From Ruminococcus sp. (GTDB taxonomy: Bacteria > Bacillota > Clostridia > Oscillospirales > Ruminococcaceae): a stretch of 64,000 nucleotides of DNA. The notes under the pieces are model-generated. The model ran no database searches. It saw only the letters and a program-made list of their open reading frames with translations, and was not told the origin of the DNA. Shown in pieces: positions 10,336 through 21,934 of this stretch. Position numbers and translations under genes: made by a program. Location: contig JAFTYF010000025.1 in NCBI GenBank assembly GCA_017461395.1, positions 13,713 to 77,712 on the forward strand, read 5' to 3'. The stretch's first letter is position 1; every line of letters begins with the position of its first letter.

Positions 10336-11469
10336 TTAAAACTCAATTTTTCCGTAAAGACCGCCCTCTATGCTGTCCTCAGGCTTTGGTCTCTTGTAAT
10401 CCTTTTCGAAGCTTGTTTCAAGGTTAACAGATTTGCGCTCCATTGTCACTTCTCTGTCCTTGTTTCTTCTGTCGTTTCTGCGGTCATTTCTTCCGCCGTC
10501 ACGACGATTATCACGTCTTCTGTTGTTCTTAGGATTGTTTGAGGAAACAATAATTCTTCTGTAAGGCTCCTCGCCTACGGACTTTGAAGAAACTCCTTCA
10601 ATCTTTGAAATTGAAGAATGGATAACACGTCTTTCATAGGGATTCATCGGCTCAAGCGGCTGTGAACGGCCTGTTCTGAGAACGGACTTTGCAACCTTAG
10701 CGGCAAGCTGTTCAAGAGTTTCTCTTCTCTTGCTGCGGTAGCCGAGACAGTCGATTGTGATTCTGTAGTAATCCTTATCGCCCTTGTTAGCGATGATAGA
10801 GCAGAGATACTGAATAGCGTCGAGAGTTTCGCCGCGTCTGCCGATAACTGTACCATTATTGCTGCTTTCGATTTCGATAACAGCGCCTGTTTCGTTCTGG
10901 TAAACCTTGAAGCTTACCTCAATATCCATTGCGCCGAGAACGCTTGTGATGTAGTCCTTTGCAAGCTTTACCTTAGGATTTACAAGAGCTTCATCCTCAA
11001 TGAGTGAAAAGCTGTCGAGTGAGAAGAAATCCTCTTCCTCAGCAGAAGCCTCCTTCTTTTCGGGAGCTTCAGAAGCCTTTTCCTCTGCAGCAGCCGGAGC
11101 TTCTTCCTTGATTACCTCAACAGGAGCAGCCGGAACTTCCTTATTAACTTCGGGTTCAGGCTTTACAGCCAGAACTTCCTTTTTAACTTCGGGTTCAGGC
11201 TTTACAGCAGGAACTTTCTTCTTTTCAGCTGCAGGTTCAGCCTTTTTTACCGGAGCTGCGGCAGGCTTTGGAGCAGCCGGTGCAGCAGGAGCAGCAGCCG
11301 GAGCTTCATAAACTGCTTTTACAACAGCTTCTTTTTTACCAATACCGAAAAAGCCCTTTGAACCTTCTTCTAAAACTTCAAATTTAATATTCTTTATATC
11401 CTTGCCGAACTTCTTTGCTGCTTTTGCCTTAGCCTCATCGACTGTAGGCGCCTTAAATACTTCAGTCAT
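10336..11469 (-). CDS. jag: Jag/EloR (KhpB) RNA-binding protein
   Basis: Jag N-domain, Ala/Pro/Glu linker, KH (IGRRGETLDAIQYL), R3H (MNPYERRVIH). Confidence 0.92.
   Translation of the reverse strand: MTEVFKAPTVDEAKAKAAKKFGKDIKNIKFEVLEEGSKGFFGIGKKEAVVKAVYEAPAAAPAAPAAPKPAAAPVKKAEPAAEKKKVPAVKPEPEVKKEVLAVKPEPEVNKEVPAAPVEVIKEEAPAAAEEKASEAPEKKEASAEEEDFFSLDSFSLIEDEALVNPKVKLAKDYITSVLGAMDIEVSFKVYQNETGAVIEIESSNNGTVIGRRGETLDAIQYLCSIIANKGDKDYYRITIDCLGYRSKRRETLEQLAAKVAKSVLRTGRSQPLEPMNPYERRVIHSSISKIEGVSSKSVGEEPYRRIIVSSNNPKNNRRRDNRRDGGRNDRRNDRRNKDREVTMERKSVNLETSFEKDYKRPKPEDSIEGGLYGKIEF
11132..11209. repeat. 39-bp imperfect tandem duplication in the jag linker
   Basis: Two copies encoding V(P/L)AVKPEPEV(K/N)KE. 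Confidence 0.7.
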
Positions 11470-11487
11470 AATAGCAACTCCTTAAAA

Positions 11488-12594
11488 TTAGTCATTATCG
11501 TTTTCATCGTAAATATCGCCGTATTTTTCAGCCATACGCTTGCGGGCTTCATTTATCCTGTCTCTGTTATACTTATTCATCTCAGAGCGTGATATCTTGT
11601 CGCCGTTATTCTTTTTAGCACCATTCTGCTGCTGATTGAGAAGCTCCTGCTGTTCCATCATTCTCTGCATGAAGGTCTTTTTCTCAGGATGCTTTTCTGC
11701 GTATATTCTTGCTTTTTCCTTTTCCTTTTCGTTGATTCTTTCTGTACGTTCAGGAGTAAAATACTGATTCAGACCGAATGTGATAAGGAATGAGAAAAGT
11801 GCTGACCAGATCCAGTAGAAGCCGATACCGGCAGGAACTGAAAATGCAAACCATACTGTAAGAAGCGGGAAGAAATACATCATGAATGTCATGCATCCGC
11901 CGCCCTGCATATCAGGGTTAACCTTTTTCTGATGTCTCTGGCTGTAGAATGAAGAAAGGATCTGTGCCACACCTGCAAGAACAGGAATAAGTGCAAGAAT
12001 TATAGCTTCCTTGTTCCATACGTCGGGGTGCAGAGAGGGTGTCTTACCGAGGTTTGCACCGAAAATCGTGTATTTTTCGGTAAATTCTGAAACCTTGCTG
12101 CCGAAGTCTCCAAGACTTATATAGTCATCGGGGTGCTTCTGAATATGCGTCATTATTTCAAGCTCGCATCTGAGATCCTTGATTTTTGCGCCGGCGATCT
12201 TGCAGGCGTCGATTCTTATATCCTTTGCAAAATCAAGGATATGAGTAATCGGCTTATAGATAACGTCGAGTACGCCGAAAAGCAGGAACATCTGGATGAA
12301 TGCCGGCAGACAGCTTCCCATAGGGTTTATGCCCTCCTGAATGTAGAGCTTCTGCTGTTCTTCCTGAAGCCGCTGCGGATTATTTGCAACGCTCTTTCTG
12401 AGCTTTTTCATTTTAGGGTTAAGCAGCTGCATTCGTGCTGCATTTTTCTGTGTTTTGTAGTTTACGGGGAACAGAAGTATCTTCGTCACGACCGTAAAGA
12501 GAATAATTGCGACGGCATAGTTATTGCAGAGCATATAAATAAGCCGCATTAGGTATCCGAATGGGACACCTATGATATCATAAAGTGCGTTCAA
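11488..12594 (-). CDS. yidC: Membrane protein insertase YidC/Oxa1 family
   Basis: Hydrophobic helices, GINPMGSCLP, PAGIGFYW; canonical position after yidD. Confidence 0.92.
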   Translation of the reverse strand: MNALYDIIGVPFGYLMRLIYMLCNNYAVAIILFTVVTKILLFPVNYKTQKNAARMQLLNPKMKKLRKSVANNPQRLQEEQQKLYIQEGINPMGSCLPAFIQMFLLFGVLDVIYKPITHILDFAKDIRIDACKIAGAKIKDLRCELEIMTHIQKHPDDYISLGDFGSKVSEFTEKYTIFGANLGKTPSLHPDVWNKEAIILALIPVLAGVAQILSSFYSQRHQKKVNPDMQGGGCMTFMMYFFPLLTVWFAFSVPAGIGFYWIWSALFSFLITFGLNQYFTPERTERINEKEKEKARIYAEKHPEKKTFMQRMMEQQELLNQQQNGAKKNNGDKISRSEMNKYNRDRINEARKRMAEKYGDIYDENDND

Positions 12595-12606
12595 ATCTCA
12601 TCCCTC

Positions 12607-12912
12607 TTAATCATTATTGTTGTCGGTTTCCTGTGTTCCGCTGACATATTCCGGAAGATTCATTCCCTCGAAGTACATTTTTTTCGTTCTGAGGGTAAAC
12701 TTGTCCGGAACGTGATCAATTCCGCCGAGTGACCACGGATTGCACCTTAATATCCTCCAGCCTGAGAGAAGAAATCCCCTGAAAAAGCCGAATTTCTTAA
12801 AGGCAGTGAGAGCATAGCTGCTGCACGTCGGATAATATTTGCATTTTGCAGGAAAAAGCGGAGAAATACATTTTCTGTAGAACTTTATAAATGCAAGAGC
12901 TATGTATTTCAT
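12607..12912 (-). CDS. yidD: Membrane protein insertion efficiency factor
   Basis: CKYYPTCSSYA, RILRCNPWSLGGIDHVP. Confidence 0.95.
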   Translation of the reverse strand: MKYIALAFIKFYRKCISPLFPAKCKYYPTCSSYALTAFKKFGFFRGFLLSGWRILRCNPWSLGGIDHVPDKFTLRTKKMYFEGMNLPEYVSGTQETDNNND

Positions 12913-12914
12913 AC

Positions 12915-13289
12915 TCAGCCTTTTCCGGCGGTAAGCCTGCGGAATATGCTGTTTATCTCAGATACTCCGGTATTTTTCATATAATCGCAGAATTCCTGAG
13001 ATTTTACGGTGCAGATAAGGCTTCGTGCCACAATAACGATGTCAATTCCGACTGGAAGACTGACCTCAGATTCTCTGTAGGCGAGGCGGATAATCCTTTT
13101 CGCCCTGTTTCTGTGAACAGCATTGCCGACTTTTTTGCCGGCGGTTATACCGAGCCTGTTGTAAGGTCTGCCGTTAGTTCTGACATATATAACGGAATAT
13201 TTTGAAGCGAAGTATCTTCCTTTTTTGTAGAGAGCGAGAAAATCCCTGTTGTTATTCAAAATTTCAGTATAAAGCATATACTCCCCCAT
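12915..13289 (-). CDS. rnpA: Ribonuclease P protein component
   Basis: RLGITAGKKVGNAVHRNRAKR motif. Confidence 0.95.
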   Translation of the reverse strand: MGEYMLYTEILNNNRDFLALYKKGRYFASKYSVIYVRTNGRPYNRLGITAGKKVGNAVHRNRAKRIIRLAYRESEVSLPVGIDIVIVARSLICTVKSQEFCDYMKNTGVSEINSIFRRLTAGKG

Positions 13290-13316
13290 AAAGAGCGTTC
13301 ATACCTGCAACGTAAC

Positions 13317-13348
13317 AAAAAAGACCACAAAATTAAGATTTTGTGGTC
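13317..13348 (-). terminator. Intrinsic terminator between rpmH and rnpA
   Basis: gaccacaaaat-taag-attttgtggtc perfect 11-bp stem followed by T6 on the minus strand. Confidence 0.75.
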
Positions 13349-13355
13349 AGCGTCG

Positions 13356-13490
13356 TCAGTGAGTTAATCTTGCTCTGCCCTTAGATCTTCTACGAGCTAA
13401 AACCTTTCTGCCGTTCTTTGTAGCCATTCTCTTCATGAAGCCGTGCTCCTTCTTTCTGTGGAGCTTCTTAGGCTGATATGTTCTTTTCAT
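13356..13490 (-). CDS. rpmH: 50S ribosomal protein L34 (not in ORF track)
   Basis: [44 protein letters not shown]; GGAGG SD. Confidence 0.97.
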   Translation of the reverse strand: MKRTYQPKKLHRKKEHGFMKRMATKNGRKVLARRRSKGRARLTH

Positions 13491-13595
13491 ATTCAGGTCC
13501 TCCTCTCTGCGCATTGTATATTAAGAATACGTTCCGCAAAGGATCGTATTCAGTTTATTGAAGCTATGCGGCATTTGTCCGCATTACACTAAAAC

Positions 13596-13624
13596 ATTAT
13601 ATATTAAAAAAAGCGATATGTCAA
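13596..13624 (-). promoter_or_regulatory. sigma-A promoter of rpmH
   Basis: TTGACA-17 bp-TATAAT on the minus strand. Confidence 0.85.
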
Positions 13625-13723
13625 GCGGTTTTTTAAATTTTTCAGAAAAAAAATATTTTTTCAGATTAATAACCAATTGAAACCATAAATAACAATGGAA
13701 ATTTTATATTTTTGTGGCAATCC

Positions 13724-14083
13724 GTAGGGACGAACTTTGTTTTTAATTCGGAATGCGGAATTCGGAATTCGGAATTATGGTGTCAGCATTCGCCGACGTA
13801 TTAAAAATATTTCCGCCCATGATGTTTCATCGGAAATTATGCGGGACGTCGAGGACGCCGTCCCCTACAATCGGTCATTTAAGATTACCGTTGATATTAT
13901 GTAGGGGCGAACCCATGTGTTCGCCCTTTTCAACATCATACAGAAGCGTGTTGGGTGCAGCGTCACGCAATATAAAATCACCCGCCGCCGGAATTTTTGC
14001 CGCGAGCGAAAGCAGATTTTTTCCGCCGCAGAGAGTAGTGCGCAAAGCGCACGGGAACGTGGAACGGGGGCACCGCTGGTGCC
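13724..14083. repeat. Mosaic intergenic repeat (heptamer tract, GTAG REPs, palindromes)
   Basis: (aattcgg/aatgcgg)n, REPs at 13843-13868 and 13901-13926, gggtgcagcgtcacgc 13953-13968, ggcaccgctggtgcc 14069-14083; each module recurs elsewhere in the window. Confidence 0.8.
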
Positions 14084-14084
14084 T

Positions 14085-14304
14085 GTTGAAAGTTTTGAAA
14101 ACTGTGTTCAAATACATTATCAGAATTAACTTTCAACACATAATTTACTGTTTTAAACAGCCATAAAGTCAGTTTTTTAACCTTGCGGATGTTAATTCCA
14201 CAAAGTTTTCAACAATTTGTCAATTCAGGTGTGGAAACGAGCCTTTTTTTCTAAACCTTTGACATACAAAATTGCTTGCATTTTCAACAGTGATATGATA
14301 TAAT
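14085..14304 (+). promoter_or_regulatory. dnaA promoter with upstream degenerate DnaA-box cluster
   Basis: TTGCAT(14276)-17 bp-TATAAT(14299) with TG extension; TTTTCAACA at 14281 inside the spacer; more ..TCCACA/..TCAACA motifs upstream. Confidence 0.7.
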
Positions 14305-14382
14305 ATTAGTATATTAATATAGGAGAGTATCATCTTCTGAGGTTTAAAACATAAAATTTACATAAAATCACGGAGGTTCAAT

Positions 14383-15753
14383 ATGAATTCATTTGAGGAA
14401 GTTTTTGAAAATGTTAAAAAATACTGCCTTGAAAACCAGAAAATTCCGGAAATCGGCATCACAACATGGATAAATCCGCTGAAGCCCGAAAATTTCAACG
14501 GTACAGACGCCGTTTTCAGAATACAAACGCCCTTTCAGAAAAATATCATCATGACAAAATACGGCGATATCCTTAAAGAGGCATTCTACAACGTTCTTGG
14601 CTTCAATACAAACATAATCATCAACGTTGAATCCGAGGAACACGAAAAAGTAAAGGTTCCCACTGACGCTGAAATCGACCAGAAGCACGCTGAACTTGAA
14701 AAATCCTACAAATTTGCAAATTATGACTACACCTTTGATACATTTATCGAGGGCAGATCAAACGAATTTGCTCTTGCGTGCAGTAAGTCAGTTGCTAAAA
14801 ACTGCGGAGAAAAGGCAGTTCCGGACTATAACCCGCTTTTCATCTACGGTCCTTCCGGAATGGGTAAAACTCACCTTATCACCGCTATCGCAAACGAAGT
14901 CAGAAAAAATCATCCTACTTTCAATATAGTCTACGTTACAAGCGAAACCTTCGGCGGAGATCTTATCAATGCTATCAATCAGAGCACAATGTCTGATTTC
15001 CACGATAAGTACAGAAATGCCGATATACTGCTGATCGACGACGTTCAGTTCTTCGCTGAAAAGGAACGTATGCAGGAAGAATTCTTCCACACCTTCTACA
15101 AGCTTCATCAGGAGGGAAAGCAGATCGTTATCACATCCGATAAGCCTCCGAAGGAGCTCATCACTCTTGAAGAACGTCTCAGAACAAGATTCGAGGGCGG
15201 ACTTATCGCAGATATTTCGGCTCCGGACTATGAGACAAGACTTGCTATCATCAACAGAAAATCAGAACTTTTAGAGCTTAAAATGCCCGGTGAAGTCGCT
15301 GAATTCATGGCAAACCGCCTTAAATCCAACATCCGTCAGCTTGAAGGAGCTGTTGTTCGTCTTAAGGCACTCAATCATTTTGCCGGAAGCCCTATCACAA
15401 TTTCTATGGCTCAGAGCGTTATCCGTGATGTTCTTACCGATGAACAGCCGCTTCCGATCACCGTTGAGAAGATAATTTCTGAAGTTTCTACGGTTTACGG
15501 CGTTTCTCCTGAGGATATCCGCTCCAACAAGCGCTCCGCACAGATCTCGATTGCACGAAAAGTAGCTATTTATGTGGTCAGAGAGGTAACTCAGATGCCT
15601 CTTGCCTCAATCGGTACTGAATTCGGCGGCAGAGATCACTCAACTATCGTTTATTCCGTGACAAGCGTTACTGACGCTATGGCTAAGGATTCCACACTGC
15701 GTACACTCGTAGAGGATATCATCAAGAATATCAAGGACAGAAGCAAGATCTGA
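14383..15753 (+). CDS. dnaA: Chromosomal replication initiator DnaA
   Basis: YNPLFIYGPSGMGKTHL, LLIDDVQF, SNIRQLEGA, FGGRDHST. Confidence 0.98.
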   Translation: MNSFEEVFENVKKYCLENQKIPEIGITTWINPLKPENFNGTDAVFRIQTPFQKNIIMTKYGDILKEAFYNVLGFNTNIIINVESEEHEKVKVPTDAEIDQKHAELEKSYKFANYDYTFDTFIEGRSNEFALACSKSVAKNCGEKAVPDYNPLFIYGPSGMGKTHLITAIANEVRKNHPTFNIVYVTSETFGGDLINAINQSTMSDFHDKYRNADILLIDDVQFFAEKERMQEEFFHTFYKLHQEGKQIVITSDKPPKELITLEERLRTRFEGGLIADISAPDYETRLAIINRKSELLELKMPGEVAEFMANRLKSNIRQLEGAVVRLKALNHFAGSPITISMAQSVIRDVLTDEQPLPITVEKIISEVSTVYGVSPEDIRSNKRSAQISIARKVAIYVVREVTQMPLASIGTEFGGRDHSTIVYSVTSVTDAMAKDSTLRTLVEDIIKNIKDRSKI

Positions 15754-15759
15754 TGATTT

Positions 15760-16260
15760 TTCCTGCGTGGAAAATGTTGGAACTGTTAGGTTTAAAAGTG
15801 GAAAAGTATAGTTATTCAACCGTGTTTTCAACACTATGTTAAAAACTCAGTGGAATACTTTCCAGATAAACTTTCATGTATATATCGCTGAAAGCTCCGG
15901 ACAAGTCCTGATGAAAAAATACATTATTCAACAGTTTCAGATTTTCAACAATCCACAGACTTTTGAAAGTTGAAAGTGAAAAAATAACGATTCCACAGAT
16001 TTGTCAACAATTCATCAACTTCAACTCCACAAGATTCAACTTATTCAACACAAAAAAACGGAATCAAAAAAGCTTCCACATTTATCCCAAATTTTACAAC
16101 ATCCGTTTGTGGAGGGATTTATGGCTTAACACAGAGGAAAACTGCTTATCCAAACTTTTCCACAGCCCCAACAACAACAACAAATATATTATTCTTATCT
16201 TATCTTATTTTTTATTTTCTTATTTCTTAATCTTAGCTTGACTTATCTTAAATAATACAG
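15760..16260. other. oriC (DnaA-box array, trio-like repeats, AT-rich DUE)
   Basis: dnaA-dnaN gap with more than 10 box-like 9-mers; TTATCCAAA-C-TTTTCCACA-GCCC-(CAA)5 at 16146-16183; AT-rich 16184-16260; gene strand bias flips here. Confidence 0.85.
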
Positions 16261-16336
16261 ACAGGATAAAATCAGGCTTCTGATGTCCGTCGTTCACGGA
16301 CACATCCTGACATATTATATATACCGGAGGTTTCAA

Positions 16337-17440
16337 ATGAAATTTACCTGCAATAAATCAGAACTGAGCGAGGCTATCGGTAACGTTTCCAGAGCTGTTT
16401 CTCAGAAATCAACTATTCCCGCTCTCGAAGGAATAAAAGTTAGAATTGAATCCGGAAAGGTTATTCTTACCGCATATAATCTTGAAATGGGTATTCGTAC
16501 CTTTATCAGCGCTCAGACAGAGGGCGAGGGAGATTTTGTTGTCGGAACAAGACTTTTCAGCGAATTTACAAGACGTATGTCCGGCGATGTTATCAGCTTC
16601 GATATCGACGAGAACCTCATTATCAATATCTCCTGCGGTTCGACAGAATGTAGTATTTCGGCTATGTCTGCCGATGATTTCCCTGAGCTTCCCGTTGTTG
16701 ATTCAAACAGAAGCTTCTCTATAAAGCAGACTGTACTGCGCTCCATGATAAATCAGACCAGCTATGCAACCTCCACAAACGAGAGCAAGCCCGTTATGAC
16801 AGGCGAGCTTTTCGATATCGAGGACGGAAATTTCAACATGGTCGCAATTGACGGCTTCCGTCTTGCTATCCGCTGTGAAAAAGCAGGCTGCTCTGATAAG
16901 TATAATTTCGTTGTTCCGAAAAAGGCGCTCACTGAAGTTTCTACTCTTATAAAGGATGACAGCGAAAATGACTGCGTTATCTGCATCAATGACCGCCATA
17001 TCATCTTTCAAATTGACAACGTTATCGTAATTTCACGTCTGCTTGAGGGAGCTTTCCATAATTACAAGCTGAGTATCCCCACAGGCTATAAGACAGAAGT
17101 TATTATCAGCAAGAGAGAATTTTCCACCTGTCTTGAAAGATGCTCGCTTCTCCTTGACGAAAAGAACAAGTCCCCTATCCGCTGCGAGGTAGGAAACGGC
17201 ACTGTCAGAATCAGCTGCCGTACAGGCATCGGAAAGATAAACGACTCTATTCCGGCTGATATTTCCGGGGAAACAGTGACAATCGGCTTCAATAACAAGC
17301 TTATCCTTGAGGCTCTCAGAGCAGCAGAGGGCGATAAGCTGAGAATACGCTTCAACGGCGCTATGAAGGTTATCGAAATTCTTCCCTTTGACGGCGAAAG
17401 CTATATCTACCTTGTAATGCCTATTCAGCTCAAAAACTGA
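16337..17440 (+). CDS. dnaN: DNA polymerase III beta sliding clamp
   Basis: MKFTCNK start with GGAGG SD, AIDGFRLA, SRLLEGAF, LVMPIQLK. Confidence 0.96.
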   Translation: MKFTCNKSELSEAIGNVSRAVSQKSTIPALEGIKVRIESGKVILTAYNLEMGIRTFISAQTEGEGDFVVGTRLFSEFTRRMSGDVISFDIDENLIINISCGSTECSISAMSADDFPELPVVDSNRSFSIKQTVLRSMINQTSYATSTNESKPVMTGELFDIEDGNFNMVAIDGFRLAIRCEKAGCSDKYNFVVPKKALTEVSTLIKDDSENDCVICINDRHIIFQIDNVIVISRLLEGAFHNYKLSIPTGYKTEVIISKREFSTCLERCSLLLDEKNKSPIRCEVGNGTVRISCRTGIGKINDSIPADISGETVTIGFNNKLILEALRAAEGDKLRIRFNGAMKVIEILPFDGESYIYLVMPIQLKN

Positions 17441-17467
17441 TTTATTCCGAATTTCTGAGGTAAAAGT

Positions 17468-17674
17468 ATGAATACAATTAAGATAAATACAGAATTTATA
17501 AAGCTCGACGCTCTGCTTAAATTTGCGTCACTTGCAGGCTCCGGCGGAGAAGCAAAAGCCCTTATTCAGGACGGCTGCGTACTCGTTAACGGCGAGGTAT
17601 GCACTATGAGAGGTAAAAAGATACGTTCCGGCGATACCGTCTCTCTTGACGGTCAGGAGGTAACCGTAGAGTGA
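17468..17674 (+). CDS. yaaA: S4-domain RNA-binding protein YaaA
   Basis: [30 protein letters not shown]; dnaN-yaaA-recF synteny. Confidence 0.9.
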   Translation: MNTIKINTEFIKLDALLKFASLAGSGGEAKALIQDGCVLVNGEVCTMRGKKIRSGDTVSLDGQEVTVE

Positions 17675-18807
17675 TAATCACCTATGCGGAAATCGACGGA
17701 TTCAAAAATCTTTCCGGAATTTCTTTTGCTCCCCATCATAAGTACAACATAATCACAGGACGAAACGCTCAGGGAAAAACAAATCTCCTTGAAGCTATGT
17801 GGATACTTTCCGGCTGCCGGAGCTTTCGCGGCTCTAAAGAAAAAGACTACATTACTATCGGCGGCAGCAGAATGTCCTCTGAAATAAAAATCTATGACGG
17901 CGCAAGAGAACAGAAAATCAGCATCAGAATGGCGAGAAATGCTTCTGTTCCCAAGCAGATAACCCTCAACGGCGTGAAGCAGAAGGGGACACGCTCGCTT
18001 TTCGATGTTTTCAAGTGTATCGCTTTTATTCCGGACGATGTCGAGATAATCAAGGGCTCTCCCGAAAAACGCAGGAATTTCATAGATATGGCGGCTTCAC
18101 AGCTCAATCCCGTTTTCGTGGTGCACATAAACAAGCACAATGCCGTTATGAATCAGCGCAACGCTCTGCTGAAAGAAATAATGCAGGGAAATTCCGGCGC
18201 AGATGTCCTTGAAATATGGGACAGACAGGCGGCTCATGAGGGAACTCTCATTTCCTACATGAGAAACGAGTATATCACCAAAATCAACGAGATATGCGGC
18301 AGGCTCTACAGGACTATCTCCGGCGGAAGCGAGGAAATGGAGCTTGAATATAAATCGGCGGTGTTCCGGCCTGAGGATTTTGAAAAACCCTGCGATAAGG
18401 ACGCCTATGAGCAGTATTACAGAAAACTGCGTGAATCCGCTGAATACGACATCCGCACAGGAACAACTCATACCGGCGTGAACCGTGATGAGATTATAGT
18501 GAAAATTAACGGTCTGAGCGCAAGGGAATACGGCTCACAGGGACAAATAAAGAGCGCCGCCCTCGTAATGAAGCTCGCTCAGGCGGAAATATACAAGAAA
18601 AAATCGAAGGATTCTCCGGTCGTGTTTCTCGACGACGTTATGGGAGAGCTTGACGAAAGCCGTCAGCGCTTCGTTTTCGATATAATAAAGGATATGCAGA
18701 TATTTCTGACAACACCTAATGAAAGTGCGATTCTTCCCGAAATAAAGGGAAAACTCCTGAGAATAGACGGAGGAAAGATTACAGATGTATCTTCACATTG
18801 GGAATAA
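17671..18807 (+). CDS. recF: DNA replication/repair protein RecF
   Basis: GRNAQGKTN Walker [15 protein letters not shown]. Confidence 0.95.
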   Translation: MIITYAEIDGFKNLSGISFAPHHKYNIITGRNAQGKTNLLEAMWILSGCRSFRGSKEKDYITIGGSRMSSEIKIYDGAREQKISIRMARNASVPKQITLNGVKQKGTRSLFDVFKCIAFIPDDVEIIKGSPEKRRNFIDMAASQLNPVFVVHINKHNAVMNQRNALLKEIMQGNSGADVLEIWDRQAAHEGTLISYMRNEYITKINEICGRLYRTISGGSEEMELEYKSAVFRPEDFEKPCDKDAYEQYYRKLRESAEYDIRTGTTHTGVNRDEIIVKINGLSAREYGSQGQIKSAALVMKLAQAEIYKKKSKDSPVVFLDDVMGELDESRQRFVFDIIKDMQIFLTTPNESAILPEIKGKLLRIDGGKITDVSSHWE

Positions 18808-19048
18808 TTATTCCGTAGATATGCGTGATGTGGTGGGAATTTTCGACATTGAGAATACTACTGTTGAAAAGTGCACCAAGCTTCTCCTTGACCGTGCGGT
18901 AAAGGAAAAAAAATGCGTGTATACAAGCTATGAAATGCCGAAAAGCTTCATAATAACTATGGGAAAAGGCATTGAAAAGGTCTATATATCGCCTCTTTCG
19001 GCGGCAACCCTTAGAAAGAGGATGGAAATTGGCGGCGGATTGTTATAA
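18785..19048 (+). CDS. remB: RemB/YaaB (DUF370) family protein
   Basis: MYLHIG..VVGIFD..KSFII..YISPLSAATLRKR; recF-gyrB position. Confidence 0.85.
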   Translation: MYLHIGNNYSVDMRDVVGIFDIENTTVEKCTKLLLDRAVKEKKCVYTSYEMPKSFIITMGKGIEKVYISPLSAATLRKRMEIGGGLL

Positions 19049-19324
19049 TTCGGAATCCGGAATTATTGTGTCGGCTGTCGCCGGCGGGTTGAAAAATATA
19101 TCATCCGGCACCGCTGGTAAATGAAGTAAATTTGCCGTAATAGTCAAGCGAGCGAGCTTTTACTGACTATGACGGACATTGTAAAGATAATAGTTAATAA
19201 ATGTAAAACTACTGTATGCGATTGGCAACTGCCTTTCCGTATAGAGGAGTGTGCGGCAGCACACGGGAACGTGAACTGGGTGCAGCGTCACGCTGCAACG
19301 TAAATCGGGGGCACCGCTGGTGCC
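19047..19324. repeat. Mosaic intergenic repeat upstream of gyrB
   Basis: Heptamer tract, ggcaccgctggt 19107-19118, cacgggaacgtgaactgggtgcagcgtcacgctgc, ggcaccgctggtgcc 19310-19324. Confidence 0.75.
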
Positions 19325-19340
19325 ATATGGAGGTAAGTAA

Positions 19341-21266
<1,926 letters not shown>

Positions 21267-21277
21267 AAGGAACAGAA

Positions 21278-21919
21278 ATGGAAGAAAATTACAGACTTGA
21301 AAAGGAATATACCGTTTCGCCGGAGATATTTGAAAAGGCATACAGAAGCTATCAGAAGAAATTCGTTTATCTGAAAAGCTACATTTTCATGGGAATATTC
21401 CTCATCCTTGCCGCTGATTTCATCTATGCGGCGGTGAAAAATCCCAGCAATACCCTTGTTTATCTTCTTATCGTGGTATGCCTTGCTCTTGCTTTCCGTG
21501 AGTGGCACAATCCAAGATTTGTCAGAAGACGTCTTGTCGAGACTGTCCGTGATATGGGAAAGGTCGTGTATAAGATAGGCGTCGGCGACGGATTTATAGA
21601 TATATCCACCGTTGATGACGGAAGCTATGGCGATGAGGACGAGGACGAGGCTGAGGATTCCGGCGGAAATGCGGAGGAAGCTTCCGCTGAAAACGCTGAT
21701 GAAGATGACGAAATTACGGACGATATCCCTCCGGAGGCTGAGGAGCTTATGCCGGAAAAATCAAGATTGAATACAAAAGAAAACTACAGTCTTCTTGAAT
21801 ATGATGAATACTTTTTGCTCATACAGGGAAAAGAAGTATTCTATATTCTGCCAAAAGCAGGATTTTCTGAGGACGAGCTTGAAATAATCAGAAAAACCAG
21901 TGCGGAATGCACTGAGTAA
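21278..21919 (+). CDS. YcxB-like membrane protein with an acidic insert
   Basis: Two TM helices, C-terminal YILPKAGFSEDE signature, D/E-rich segment of about 45 aa. Confidence 0.6.
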   Translation: MEENYRLEKEYTVSPEIFEKAYRSYQKKFVYLKSYIFMGIFLILAADFIYAAVKNPSNTLVYLLIVVCLALAFREWHNPRFVRRRLVETVRDMGKVVYKIGVGDGFIDISTVDDGSYGDEDEDEAEDSGGNAEEASAENADEDDEITDDIPPEAEELMPEKSRLNTKENYSLLEYDEYFLLIQGKEVFYILPKAGFSEDELEIIRKTSAECTE

Positions 21920-21934
21920 ACGGAGGAAAAGACA

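Noticed and set aside
13753-14166. ORFs 13753-14166, 13875-14117, 13917-14129 and similar ones at 27608, 31562, 38250, 48365 and 52726
   Set aside because: They are translations of non-coding repeat or MITE sequence (for example RNSEFGI from heptamer tracts), with no SD or recognisable domain
15963-16336. 92-aa ORF in the dnaA-dnaN gap and the 18-aa N-terminal extension of dnaN
   Set aside because: The ORF overlaps the oriC boxes and DUE; the dnaN SD supports ATG 16337
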